A stretch of 64,000 bases of DNA from Cephaloticoccus sp. GTDB taxonomy: Bacteria > Verrucomicrobiota > Verrucomicrobiia > Opitutales > Opitutaceae. Position 1 is the first letter of the stretch, and each line of letters starts with the position of its first letter. The translations under genes and the position numbers were made by a program. The stretch is taken from positions 4,588 through 68,587 of the forward strand of contig JAXMOJ010000016.1 of the NCBI GenBank assembly GCA_034669935.1, given 5' to 3'. Below the pieces are notes generated by a model. It was not told the DNA's origin, ran no database searches, and was given only the letters and a program-made list of their open reading frames with translations. Positions 42,395 to 51,211 of this stretch are shown piece by piece.

Positions 42395-43894
42395 ATGTTA
42401 TCCGCCTTTACGAACTCTCTGAAGATCCCAGAGCTGCGGTCGCGCATCTTTTACACGCTTTCCTTGCTCTTTGTGGCTCGGGTCGCGGCGCATATTCCGC
42501 TTCCCGGGATCGACACCCAGCCTTTGCAGGCTTTCTTTGCGGCTCAAACGGCTGATGGTGCTGGTGGTATGGTCAGCATGGCCAACATGTTTACCGGGGG
42601 TGCTCTCTTGAAGGGAGCGATTGCGGCTCTGGGCATCATGCCTTATATCAGTGCTTCGATTATCTTTCAATTGATGACCGCTGTGGTGCCGGCGCTGAGC
42701 CGCTTGCAGCAAGAGGGGGATGTGGGACGCCAAAAGCTCACCCAATACACGCGATACGCGACGGTGATCATTTGTTTGGTGCAGGGCACACTCTTGATTT
42801 TGGCATTGGAAAACCCCGGACGATTGTTCCCGGGATACGATATCAATACCTACGGCTCCATTGTGATGGTTGGGAAGCTAGGCTTCCTGTTTACTTCGGT
42901 CATTATTATGACGGCGGGCACGATGTTGCTCATGTGGCTTGGTGAGCAAATTACCCAGCGCGGTATCGGAAACGGTGTATCGCTCTTGATTACGGTGGGT
43001 ATTCTCGCCGACGTCCCGGGTGCTGTCACGACGACCTACGAATTGTTTTTCGCTCCTGTCGGTGTCGCGCGTCTGGGGCTACCTCAAGGAATCGTCATGG
43101 GGCTCTTGTTCCTCTTGGTCACGATGGGCATTATCATGGTGGTGCAGGGACAACGAAAGATCCCCGTGCAATACGCTAAACGGGTGGTGGGCAATAAAGT
43201 CATGGGCGGACAAAGCTCATTCCTGCCCCTGAAGGTGAATTACTCCGGTGTCATGCCCGTCATTTTCGCGAGTGCGATTCTACTGTTCCCTCAGCAAATT
43301 TTTTCTCAACTCGGGGCATGGTTGAATATTAAGTTCCTGATCGATTTTTCTCAGAATCTCCTGCGCGGACATTGGACTTACTATGCCATCTATACCACGC
43401 TGATCCTGTTCTTCAGTTACTTCTGGGTCTCGGTGATGTTTAAACCGATCCAAATTGCGGATGATCTGAAGAAATATGGTGGTTACATTCCTGGCGTGCG
43501 TCCAGGACAGCCTACCGCCCAGTTCCTCGACTTTATCATGACGCGTCTCACCCTCGCGGGTGCGGTCTTCCTGACCATTATCGCTGTCATGCCGGACTTC
43601 CTGCTCTTTGAGCTTAATGTCCCGCAACGTATCGCCATCTTCTTCGGCGGCACGGGCATGCTCATCACGGTTGGTGTGGTCCTTGATACGATGCGCCAAG
43701 TGGAAACCTTCCTCTTGCAGCGTCACTATGATGGCTTCTTGAAGAAGGGAAGAGTGCGCGCACGTAGTGCTAAACCTCAAGGTATGTCCGGTGATGCTCT
43801 CAGTAGTGAAGCCGTCATGAAAATCGCGCTGCCGATGTTGATTATCTTCGTCATTGGTCTCGCTGCTTGGGCAATCCGTAACTTTGCACTTTAG
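42395..43894 (+). CDS. secY: Preprotein translocase subunit SecY, with a ~41-aa C-terminal extension carrying one extra hydrophobic helix
   Basis: IPELRSRIFYTL.LL.V.R......PLPGID; GALLKG.I.ALGIMPYISASIIFQL; GGTG.LI.VGV.LDTM.Q.E..LL.RHY.GFLKKGR. An extra tail follows: ...VMKIALPMLIIFVIGLAAWAIRNFAL. Confidence 0.96.
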   Translation: MLSAFTNSLKIPELRSRIFYTLSLLFVARVAAHIPLPGIDTQPLQAFFAAQTADGAGGMVSMANMFTGGALLKGAIAALGIMPYISASIIFQLMTAVVPALSRLQQEGDVGRQKLTQYTRYATVIICLVQGTLLILALENPGRLFPGYDINTYGSIVMVGKLGFLFTSVIIMTAGTMLLMWLGEQITQRGIGNGVSLLITVGILADVPGAVTTTYELFFAPVGVARLGLPQGIVMGLLFLLVTMGIIMVVQGQRKIPVQYAKRVVGNKVMGGQSSFLPLKVNYSGVMPVIFASAILLFPQQIFSQLGAWLNIKFLIDFSQNLLRGHWTYYAIYTTLILFFSYFWVSVMFKPIQIADDLKKYGGYIPGVRPGQPTAQFLDFIMTRLTLAGAVFLTIIAVMPDFLLFELNVPQRIAIFFGGTGMLITVGVVLDTMRQVETFLLQRHYDGFLKKGRVRARSAKPQGMSGDALSSEAVMKIALPMLIIFVIGLAAWAIRNFAL

Positions 43895-43909
43895 TTCTTT
43901 ACTGCGGTC

Positions 43910-44332
43910 ATGATGAAGTCCATCGTTGACCTTTTCTCTCGTTACGGCGCCTCCGCCAAAGCGAAGTTAGTCTACTTAGGCTCTCCAGATTCCGATCTGT
44001 TGTCCTGGGTTCGTTCTTTGAATCTTGAGCACGTCTCTCCCACCGAATTGATGCGGTCGGAGATTTCGCGTCGTCGCAGTGTTACCGCTGCGACTGAAGC
44101 TACGCTCGCAGCAATGCGGCGTTGGTTTTTTGCGCGCAAACCTGATGCGGGTTTTGTCCTCACCGACTTCCCGGCTACGCTGCTCCAAGCTAAGGTGTTT
44201 GATGAATGGCTCGATACCCGCGGCGAAATGCTGGCCGGTGTCGCCAGTAGCGAGACAACTCCGGTCGAGCTCGTTGAACACTATCGCACTCTCGGTCTTC
44301 ACATCGAAAGATCGGGACTCGTTTCCCTATGA
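43910..44332 (+). CDS. Short adenylate-kinase-like protein in the adk slot, lacking P-loop and LID (probable non-catalytic relic or repurposed domain)
   Basis: 140 aa. KLVYLGSPDSDLLSWV replaces canonical ILLGxPGxGKGTQ. HVSPTELMRSEI resembles HIS(T/A)GD.LR. AGFVLTDFPATLLQAKVFDEWL resembles GF(L/I)LDGFPRT..QA. No LID segment. The stop overlaps the map ATG (ATGA). Confidence 0.6.
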   Translation: MMKSIVDLFSRYGASAKAKLVYLGSPDSDLLSWVRSLNLEHVSPTELMRSEISRRRSVTAATEATLAAMRRWFFARKPDAGFVLTDFPATLLQAKVFDEWLDTRGEMLAGVASSETTPVELVEHYRTLGLHIERSGLVSL

Positions 44333-45105
44333 GTATGATCAAAAACAAAGATCAAATTGCTCGGATGCGCGAGTCGTGCGCCGTCGCCGCTACCGTGCTT
44401 GCTGACCTTAAGCAACTGGTAAGGCCCGGAATAACAACCCAAGACTTGGACGAAGCCGGCCGCGATATGATGGCCAAACATGGAGCCCACAGCGCTGATT
44501 TCGGTTATCAAATCGGATCACGCCGCTACCCGGCCCACACCTGCATCTCCGTAAATGAGGAAATCGTCCATGGCGTTCCCTCCTTTCGCCGCATCCTCCG
44601 TGATGGCGATATCGTTTCACTTGATGTCACCGTCGAATACAATGGTTTCATCGGCGACAATGCCGTGACGATTCCCGTCGGTCTGATCGATCCGGAACGA
44701 GAAAAACTCGTCCGTGTGACGAAAGAATCCCTCGAAATCGGAATCCGGCAAGCGCTGGTTGGTAATCGCATCGGCGATATTTCGCATGCTGTGCAAAAGC
44801 ATGTTGAATCTCACGGTTACAGTGTGGTGCGCGATCTGGTTGGTCATGGGGTAGGAGCTTCAATGCATGAGCCACCGGAAATCCCGAATTATGGCCGCCG
44901 CAAAGATGGTCCTAAAATTAAACCCGGAATGACCCTCGCGATCGAACCCATGGTTAACCTAGGCAGCTATCGCACCAAGACTCTTTCCGACGGCTGGACC
45001 GTAGTCACAGCGGATAATTCACCTTCCGCCCACTTCGAACACACCGTGCTCACGACAGATAATGGCCCTGAAATACTCACGGTGCCACTCCCACTCTCTT
45101 CCTGA
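44329..45105 (+). CDS. map: Methionine aminopeptidase, type I
   Basis: IKNKDQIARMRE...; metal ligands in D..V.Y.G..GD, HGVG...HE.P.I, A.EP and FEHTV. Confidence 0.95.
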   Translation: MSMIKNKDQIARMRESCAVAATVLADLKQLVRPGITTQDLDEAGRDMMAKHGAHSADFGYQIGSRRYPAHTCISVNEEIVHGVPSFRRILRDGDIVSLDVTVEYNGFIGDNAVTIPVGLIDPEREKLVRVTKESLEIGIRQALVGNRIGDISHAVQKHVESHGYSVVRDLVGHGVGASMHEPPEIPNYGRRKDGPKIKPGMTLAIEPMVNLGSYRTKTLSDGWTVVTADNSPSAHFEHTVLTTDNGPEILTVPLPLSS

Positions 45106-45150
45106 AAATCAATTTCTAATCTTTAACATCCAACTCTAACCTAATCCACA

Positions 45151-45519
45151 ATGCCACGTCTCCTCGGTGTAGATATCCCTGCGAACAAGAAAATCGCTTA
45201 TTCCCTCCGTTATATTAACGGTATCGGTCCAACTCGTGCTGACATTATTGTCAAAGAAGCGAAGATCGATCCCGATTCACGGGCTTCGGAACTGAACGAA
45301 GAACAGCTCAATCAGATCCTCCAGATCGTGACTGAGCACAAATGGCTGCTCGAAGGCGACCTGCGTCGTGATTTAGCGGCCAATTTGAAACGCCTCCAAG
45401 CGATCAATTGCTACCGTGGCCTCCGTCATCGTCGTGGCCTGCCCGTTCGAGGACAGCGCACTAGCACCAATGCCCGCACCCGCAAGGGATCCCGCAAACC
45501 TGTGGGCGGCCAAAAATAA
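45151..45519 (+). CDS. rpsM: 30S ribosomal protein S13
   Basis: MPRLLGVDIPANKKI.YSL.YI.GIG..RA..I..........R...L.E.....I; INCYRGLRHRRGLPVRGQRT.TNARTRKG. Confidence 0.98.
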   Translation: MPRLLGVDIPANKKIAYSLRYINGIGPTRADIIVKEAKIDPDSRASELNEEQLNQILQIVTEHKWLLEGDLRRDLAANLKRLQAINCYRGLRHRRGLPVRGQRTSTNARTRKGSRKPVGGQK

Positions 45520-45537
45520 TCATTAGAATTTCCCGTT

Positions 45538-46128
45538 ATGGCTGAAGATAAGACTGAACCTACTACCGAAAAGCCCGTCGAGACCGCTGCTCCTGAAGCT
45601 GCGCCTCAAGCGACTCCTGCTCCTGAGGCTCCAACTGCACCCGCGACTGAAGGTGGCGAAGCTGCTGCTGCTGAAAAGCCCGTCGAGACTGTCGGTGGTG
45701 TTGCGAAGCAACCCACGGCTGAAGATCTCCTCAAGGAAGAGCTCGGCACGATCAAGATTCGCAAGGCGAAGGGCTCGAAGAATGTTTCTTCTGGTATCGC
45801 TACCGTGCTTGCCACTTTCAATAACACGATCGTTTCGATTACCGACCCGAAAGGCGCAGTGATCTCCTGGTCTAGCGCTGGTAAATGTAACTTCCGTGGC
45901 TCCCGTAAATCCACGGCCTACGCCGCTCAAATCGTGGCTCAGGATGCCGCCCGCACTGCAATGTCGCATGGTTTGAAAGAAATCGTGATTCGTGTTTCCG
46001 GCCCAGGTATGGGACGCGATAGCGCGATCCGGGGCCTTCAAGCTATTGGCCTGGAAATCACTTCGATCATCGATGTCACACCGGTGCCTCACAACGGCTG
46101 CCGTCCTCCTAAGCGTCGCCGCGTCTAA
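45538..46128 (+). CDS. rpsK: 30S ribosomal protein S11 with a ~68-aa Pro/Glu/Ala/Thr-rich N-terminal extension
   Basis: Core: [19 protein letters not shown].....SSAG...[16 protein letters not shown]......G.KE....V.GPG.GR.SAIR.L...[23 protein letters not shown]. The ATG lies 18 nt after rpsM, and no alternative in-frame ATG precedes the core. Confidence 0.95.
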   Translation: MAEDKTEPTTEKPVETAAPEAAPQATPAPEAPTAPATEGGEAAAAEKPVETVGGVAKQPTAEDLLKEELGTIKIRKAKGSKNVSSGIATVLATFNNTIVSITDPKGAVISWSSAGKCNFRGSRKSTAYAAQIVAQDAARTAMSHGLKEIVIRVSGPGMGRDSAIRGLQAIGLEITSIIDVTPVPHNGCRPPKRRRV

Positions 46129-46167
46129 TTCCACGCCCTTTTTCACCCGTAAATATTTTTTCCTCCC

Positions 46168-46782
46168 ATGGCTCGTTATACAGGACCCACCACTCGCATC
46201 AGCCGTCGCTTCAACCAACTCATAATTGGTTCAGGCAAGGCCTTTGAGCGTCGCCCATTTCCGCCCGGCCAACATGGCCCTCGCATGCGTCGCAACAAAC
46301 AATCGGAATACTCCGTAGGTTTGAATGAGAAGCAGAAGCTTCGTTACACTTACGGTTTGCTCGAACGTCAGTTTCGACGCCTCTTTGAAAAAGCCAAAAA
46401 CGAACGCGGGGTTACCGGTGAACGTTTCCTGCAGCTCCTCGAGTCTCGTCTCGACAGTGTTGTTTACTCTCTTGGACTGGCTAAGTCGCGTGCGGCTGCC
46501 CGTCAGTTTGTCAATCACGGCCACATCCGCGTAAATGGCCACAAGGTCGATATTCCAAGCTACAGTGTGCTTTCCGGTGATGAGATTGAAGTGAAGTCCG
46601 CTCCAGCCTCTCGCCAAATGGCTACTCGCAATCTCGAAGAAAATCGTATCCGCACAGTCCCAGGCTGGCTCACGATGGACAACGAAGCGATCAAAGCCAA
46701 AGTCAACCGTCTGCCTACCCGCGACGAAATGGAGCAGGGCATCAACGAGCAAATCATCGTTGAGTTCTACTCACGCTACTAA
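46168..46782 (+). CDS. rpsD: 30S ribosomal protein S4
   Basis: MARYTGP..R.SRR; SEY...L.EKQKLR..YG..ERQFR..F..A.......G...L.LLE.RLD.VVY.LG.A.SR..ARQ.V.HGHI.VNG..V.IPSY. Confidence 0.98.
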   Translation: MARYTGPTTRISRRFNQLIIGSGKAFERRPFPPGQHGPRMRRNKQSEYSVGLNEKQKLRYTYGLLERQFRRLFEKAKNERGVTGERFLQLLESRLDSVVYSLGLAKSRAAARQFVNHGHIRVNGHKVDIPSYSVLSGDEIEVKSAPASRQMATRNLEENRIRTVPGWLTMDNEAIKAKVNRLPTRDEMEQGINEQIIVEFYSRY

Positions 46783-46837
46783 GCCGAACAGGTAACCACA
46801 TATTTTAACCCTCAAGCTCTACTAGAGTTTCATCGCT

Positions 46838-47839
46838 ATGCCAAAACGTCTCGGAAAGTTCGAACTCCCCAACAAGCTCACTAAGGTCGAGGAAGGTGCC
46901 ACCGATACCTACGCTAAGTTTATCGCCGAACCTTTCGAGGCCGGTTATGGTCACACGATCGGTAATTCCTTCCGTCGTGTCCTCCTCAGCTCGATTGAAG
47001 GTGCTGCTGTTTCCTCGATTAAAATCGAGGGTGTCAGCCACGAATTTCAGAGCATCGACGGTGTCGTCGAAGATGTCACCGACGTCGTTCTAAATCTCAA
47101 GAAGGTCCTCGTGATCTCGCACAGCCGCGAGCCCCTGACTCTGCAGATCAACGTCAACAAAACTGGTGCCGTGACCGCTGCCGACATCGAGGCTGATGCT
47201 AACATTACGGTCGTGAATCCAGATCAGGTGATTTGCACGCTCGATGCGAAACGTGAGTTCAATGCCGAGATCGAGATCAAGACTGGCCGTGGCTACTGCC
47301 CTGGTGAAGCGAACAAGAAGGAAGAACAGTCGATTGGTGTGATTCCGATCGATTCGCTGTTCTCACCTGTCTCGCTCGTCAAATATTCGGTTGAAAACAC
47401 CCGTGTCGGTCAGATCACCGACTACGACAAGCTCAATCTTGAGATCTGGACCGACGGTCGTATCACGCCCGACGATGCTCTCAAGCAATCCGCTTCGATC
47501 CTCAAGCATCACCTCGATGTCTTCGACAAGGTCTCGGAAGAGAACTACGAATTCGAAAACCAACAGAGCGAAGTGAGCGAAGAGCAGAACAAGCTCCGCA
47601 AGCTCCTCAATATGTCGGTCAACGAGATCGAACTCTCTGTCCGTGCAGCGAACTGCCTGAACAATGCGAACATCACCACCGTAGGTGAACTCGCAATGAA
47701 GAGTGAGCAGGAAATGCTTAAATACCGCAATTTCGGTAAAAAGTCCCTCAACGAAATCAAAGACAAGCTCGAGGCTCTCGGTCTCTCCCTTGGCATGAAA
47801 TTCGACGAGCGTCTCCTCGATAACCCGACTGAACTCTAA
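46838..47839 (+). CDS. rpoA: DNA-directed RNA polymerase subunit alpha
   Basis: F..EP.E.G.GHT.GN..RRVLLSSI.GAA...IKIEGV.HEF..I.GV.EDV...VLNLK. C-terminal domain: ELSVRAANCL....I.T.GEL......E.L..RNFGKKSL.EIK.KL. Confidence 0.98.
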   Translation: MPKRLGKFELPNKLTKVEEGATDTYAKFIAEPFEAGYGHTIGNSFRRVLLSSIEGAAVSSIKIEGVSHEFQSIDGVVEDVTDVVLNLKKVLVISHSREPLTLQINVNKTGAVTAADIEADANITVVNPDQVICTLDAKREFNAEIEIKTGRGYCPGEANKKEEQSIGVIPIDSLFSPVSLVKYSVENTRVGQITDYDKLNLEIWTDGRITPDDALKQSASILKHHLDVFDKVSEENYEFENQQSEVSEEQNKLRKLLNMSVNEIELSVRAANCLNNANITTVGELAMKSEQEMLKYRNFGKKSLNEIKDKLEALGLSLGMKFDERLLDNPTEL

Positions 47840-47925
47840 ATAACTTTTACGGTTCTCGCGCCGTCCGCTGCCGCCCTACGCTGCGACCGGATTGCCGAAC
47901 GCGAACTGTCTAACCCAATACTACT

Positions 47926-48489
47926 ATGCGTCACAAAATGCACCGCCACTCTCTCGGAGTGACTCGCGAACATCGTGCGGCGATGCTGTCCAATATGGCA
48001 GCCTCGTTGATTACACATGATCGTATCAAAACTACATTGACCAAGGCCAAGGCCCTGCGCCCCTTCGTTGAGAAGATTATCACCAAAGCGAAAAACGCGG
48101 CGGCTAAGACCGAGGCTAAAGATGCTTTGCATCTGCGTCGTCTGGCCCATTCCGATCTCCGCGATGAAGATGCTCTCACGCTGCTCTTCAACGAAAAGCA
48201 CGAGCAGTTTGCGAATCGTTCCGGTGGTTACACTCGCATTTACAAGCTGGGCCCACGCCAAAGTGACTCCAGTCCTATGGCCATCATCGAGTTGGTGAAA
48301 GCCGACGACGAGGGTTACAAAAAGCCTAAGAGCCGTAAGAATGCTCCGAAGAAAAAGGCCGCAAAAGCTGAAAAGCCTGCCGAACCCACACCAGTGGCTG
48401 ATGAAGCTCCTGCTCCCGTGGCAGAGGAAACTCCAGCTCCAGAAGCAACCGTCGAAGAAACCAAGCCCAAAGCTGAAGCCAAGGATTGA
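47926..48489 (+). CDS. rplQ: 50S ribosomal protein L17 with a ~60-aa Lys/Ala/Pro/Glu-rich C-terminal tail
   Basis: MRHKMHRHSLGVTREHRAAMLSNMA.SLI.H.RI.TTL.KAK.LRPFVEK.IT.AK; GGYTRI.KLG.R..D..PMA.IELV. Confidence 0.97.
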   Translation: MRHKMHRHSLGVTREHRAAMLSNMAASLITHDRIKTTLTKAKALRPFVEKIITKAKNAAAKTEAKDALHLRRLAHSDLRDEDALTLLFNEKHEQFANRSGGYTRIYKLGPRQSDSSPMAIIELVKADDEGYKKPKSRKNAPKKKAAKAEKPAEPTPVADEAPAPVAEETPAPEATVEETKPKAEAKD

Positions 48490-48515
48490 GTCTCAACCGA
48501 CAGAAGATTTGAACA

Positions 48516-48550
48516 AACGCGTCGAAGTAATCTTCGGCGCGTTTTGTTTT
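48516..48550 (+). terminator. Intrinsic terminator after rplQ
   Basis: AACGCGTCGAAG-taat-CTTCGGCGCGTT (12 bp including one G.U), then TTGTTTT. Confidence 0.75.
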
Positions 48551-48557
48551 AGTAACA

Positions 48558-48785
48558 ATGTCCGACCTGCCGACAGTCGCCGTGATTTATTGCATCCTCG
48601 TGGGGGTGATATTTCTCGGGCTGTGGCTCTACTATGACCGTCGGGATCACGCTCGTTTTGAGCGCGAACGCCGCCGCCGCACCTTCCATTGTATTCGATG
48701 TGACCACGTCTACGAAGGCGCCGCTCAAGCGGAGCTGAAAGTATGCCCAGAATGTGGGCATGAAAACGTGCGTTTGAAGTTTTAG
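48558..48785 (+). CDS. Small membrane-anchored zinc-ribbon protein (hypothetical)
   Basis: 75 aa. TM helix VAVIYCILVGVIFLGLWLYY, a basic linker RRDHARFERERRRR, then CIRC...CPEC (two CxxC pairs). Confidence 0.6.
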   Translation: MSDLPTVAVIYCILVGVIFLGLWLYYDRRDHARFERERRRRTFHCIRCDHVYEGAAQAELKVCPECGHENVRLKF

Positions 48786-48839
48786 GCTTTCAGGCCGCTG
48801 TTAGTCATCTAGACTCTCCCTTTACCCAATATTTATCGT

Positions 48840-50378
48840 ATGCCACAGACAATCGCCGTTCTCGATTTCGGTTCCCAATACACCCAGGTCATCGCCCGCC
48901 GGATTCGCGAATCCGAAGTCTATTCGAAGATCTATCACTATCGCACTCCAGCCGCCAAGTTACGTGAAGATGGCGTGATTGGGATCATACTTTCAGGTGG
49001 CCCGAGCTCGGTTTTTGCTAAGACAGCGCCAATCCCTGATCGAGAGATTTTCAATCTAGGTGTGCCGGTGCTCGGAATCTGCTACGGGATTCAACTTTTG
49101 TCATTCCTCCTCGGTGGTCGCGCGTCGCGTAGTAAACAACGTGAGTTTGGCCATGGCACACTCACGGTCACAAAACCGGGACGACTCTTTGCCAAATTAC
49201 CTCGCAAGCTGCGGGTTTGGAACTCGCATGGAGACAAAGTGATCAAGTTGCCGGAAGGTTTTACCGCGATTGGCACCACTGAGAATTCTCAATTTGCTGC
49301 GATTGAAGACCGGAAACGCAATTTCTTTGGTATTCAGTTTCACCCCGAAGTATTTCACACCGAGCGTGGGGTGGACATCATTCGCAACTTCCTCGTTCGT
49401 GTTTGTAAAGCCGAGCAGGATTGGACGACGAAAGATTTTATCGCTCACTCCGTAAAAGAGATTAAGCAGCAGGTCGGCAAATCACGCGTGATTCTCGGAC
49501 TGTCTGGTGGTGTCGATTCCTCGGTCGCGGCGGCGCTTCTGCACAAGGCGATTCGTAAGCAGCTGGTTTGTGTGTTTGTGGACAACGGTTTGCTCCGTGC
49601 CGGGGAGCGCGAAGCCGTGGAGTCGCTTTACAAACGGAACTTCAAGATAGACCTGCGTGTCGTGGATGCATCGTCGCTCTTTCTGCGGCGGTTGAAGGGG
49701 ATCGAGGATCCTGAGCTCAAACGCAAAATAATCGGCAACACATTCGTGGAAGTATTTGAAAAATCACTCAAGACCATCGGCAAGGCAGACTACCTTGCCC
49801 AGGGCACGCTCTATCCGGATGTGATCGAGAGCGTGGCGATTGGGGATAATCCTGCATCTCTGATTAAGAGTCACCACAACGTCGGAGGTTTGCCTGAGCG
49901 GATGAAACTCAAGCTGGTTGAGCCATTGCGTGAACTATTCAAAGACGAGGTTCGTGAGGTTGGGGCCGCTTTGGGGCTGCCGAAAGAAGTGGTTTGGCGT
50001 CAACCATTCCCCGGTCCGGGACTAGGTGTCCGGGTGGCGGGTGATATTACCAAAGCACGTCTCGAAGTGCTGCGTGGTGCCGACTCGATTTTGACGGAGG
50101 AGATGAAGAAAAGCGGATGGTATTGGAAAGTCTGGCAATCGTTTGCCGTTTTCTTGCCGGTTAAATCTGTCGGAGTGATTGGTGATGAGCGGAACTACGC
50201 TGATGTGATCGCCCTGCGAATTGTAGGCTCCAAAGATGCGATGACCGCTGACTGGACTCGCCTGCCGTATGACTTGCTCCAACTCATCTCGAACCGTATT
50301 ACGAATGAAGTCGAAGGCGTGAGCCGAGTGGTTTACGACGTGAGTTCTAAGCCACCTGCGACTATCGAATGGGAGTAA
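48840..50378 (+). CDS. guaA: GMP synthase (glutamine-hydrolysing)
   Basis: GATase: [26 protein letters not shown]-PPase: [12 protein letters not shown]-terminal: [14 protein letters not shown]. Confidence 0.98.
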   Translation: MPQTIAVLDFGSQYTQVIARRIRESEVYSKIYHYRTPAAKLREDGVIGIILSGGPSSVFAKTAPIPDREIFNLGVPVLGICYGIQLLSFLLGGRASRSKQREFGHGTLTVTKPGRLFAKLPRKLRVWNSHGDKVIKLPEGFTAIGTTENSQFAAIEDRKRNFFGIQFHPEVFHTERGVDIIRNFLVRVCKAEQDWTTKDFIAHSVKEIKQQVGKSRVILGLSGGVDSSVAAALLHKAIRKQLVCVFVDNGLLRAGEREAVESLYKRNFKIDLRVVDASSLFLRRLKGIEDPELKRKIIGNTFVEVFEKSLKTIGKADYLAQGTLYPDVIESVAIGDNPASLIKSHHNVGGLPERMKLKLVEPLRELFKDEVREVGAALGLPKEVVWRQPFPGPGLGVRVAGDITKARLEVLRGADSILTEEMKKSGWYWKVWQSFAVFLPVKSVGVIGDERNYADVIALRIVGSKDAMTADWTRLPYDLLQLISNRITNEVEGVSRVVYDVSSKPPATIEWE

Positions 50379-50415
50379 TCTTCCGAATATCGTCTCAATC
50401 CACCATCCATCCGCT

Positions 50416-51171
50416 ATGAAAAATCTCTCCTTCCGTCTCGTGCTGCTTCCTCTGCTCGCACTTGTGCTTGGTCTTTCCGGAGCAATCGCCGCAGAACCGG
50501 CGATCATTGCCAAGGCTCGTGCCTATCTCGGCACTGAGGCTGCCCTGAATAGCGTGAAAACTTTGCACTACTACGGCGAACTTTCGATCGAAGGAGCTGA
50601 GTCAGAGACGCCGATATCAGTAGAGATTATTTTTCAAAAACCCTACCGACAGTTAAGCATGATCAAATCGGAACGTGGTTCCGAAGAGACTGGGCTGGAT
50701 GGATATGATGGGTGGCAGCGTGTAATCCCAAAAGATGATAAGTCCGGCTGGCGCCTTTCATTGATGGCGATACCGCAGATTAAAAGCCTTCGGGCGAATG
50801 TGTGGGAAAACCTATCATTCTTTCGTGGCCTAGAAAGTGTTGGCGGCGAAATCAAAAACATGGGACAGGTTGAAATCGACGGAGTGGTCTGCCAAAAATT
50901 GGCTTTCTCTCACGGTGCAGAAGCCTCCTTTACCCGCTATTTTAATCTGAAGACTGGGCGTCTCGTGCTGACCGAAACACTCCGGGGAGAGAAAATCACC
51001 GAAGAGGGATCGACCGAGGTCAATGGAGTGAAATTCCCCAAAGTGCTCAAGACGGTGACGACGCGTGGAGATGGGGAGACCCAAACCGTCACGATCGCTT
51101 TTGATCGGATCGTAGTGAATGAGACGATCGATCCGGCAATCTTTGGCGTGCCGGTGTTGTCATCGAGGTAA
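50416..51171 (+). CDS. Hypothetical exported protein
   Basis: Signal peptide MKNLSFRLVLLPLLALVLGLSGAIAA. Beta-rich remainder with no motif I can name. Confidence 0.6.
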   Translation: MKNLSFRLVLLPLLALVLGLSGAIAAEPAIIAKARAYLGTEAALNSVKTLHYYGELSIEGAESETPISVEIIFQKPYRQLSMIKSERGSEETGLDGYDGWQRVIPKDDKSGWRLSLMAIPQIKSLRANVWENLSFFRGLESVGGEIKNMGQVEIDGVVCQKLAFSHGAEASFTRYFNLKTGRLVLTETLRGEKITEEGSTEVNGVKFPKVLKTVTTRGDGETQTVTIAFDRIVVNETIDPAIFGVPVLSSR

Positions 51172-51211
51172 CTGCGGAAGGTTGCTTCTCTCGGATATTT
51201 TGCGCTAAAGT

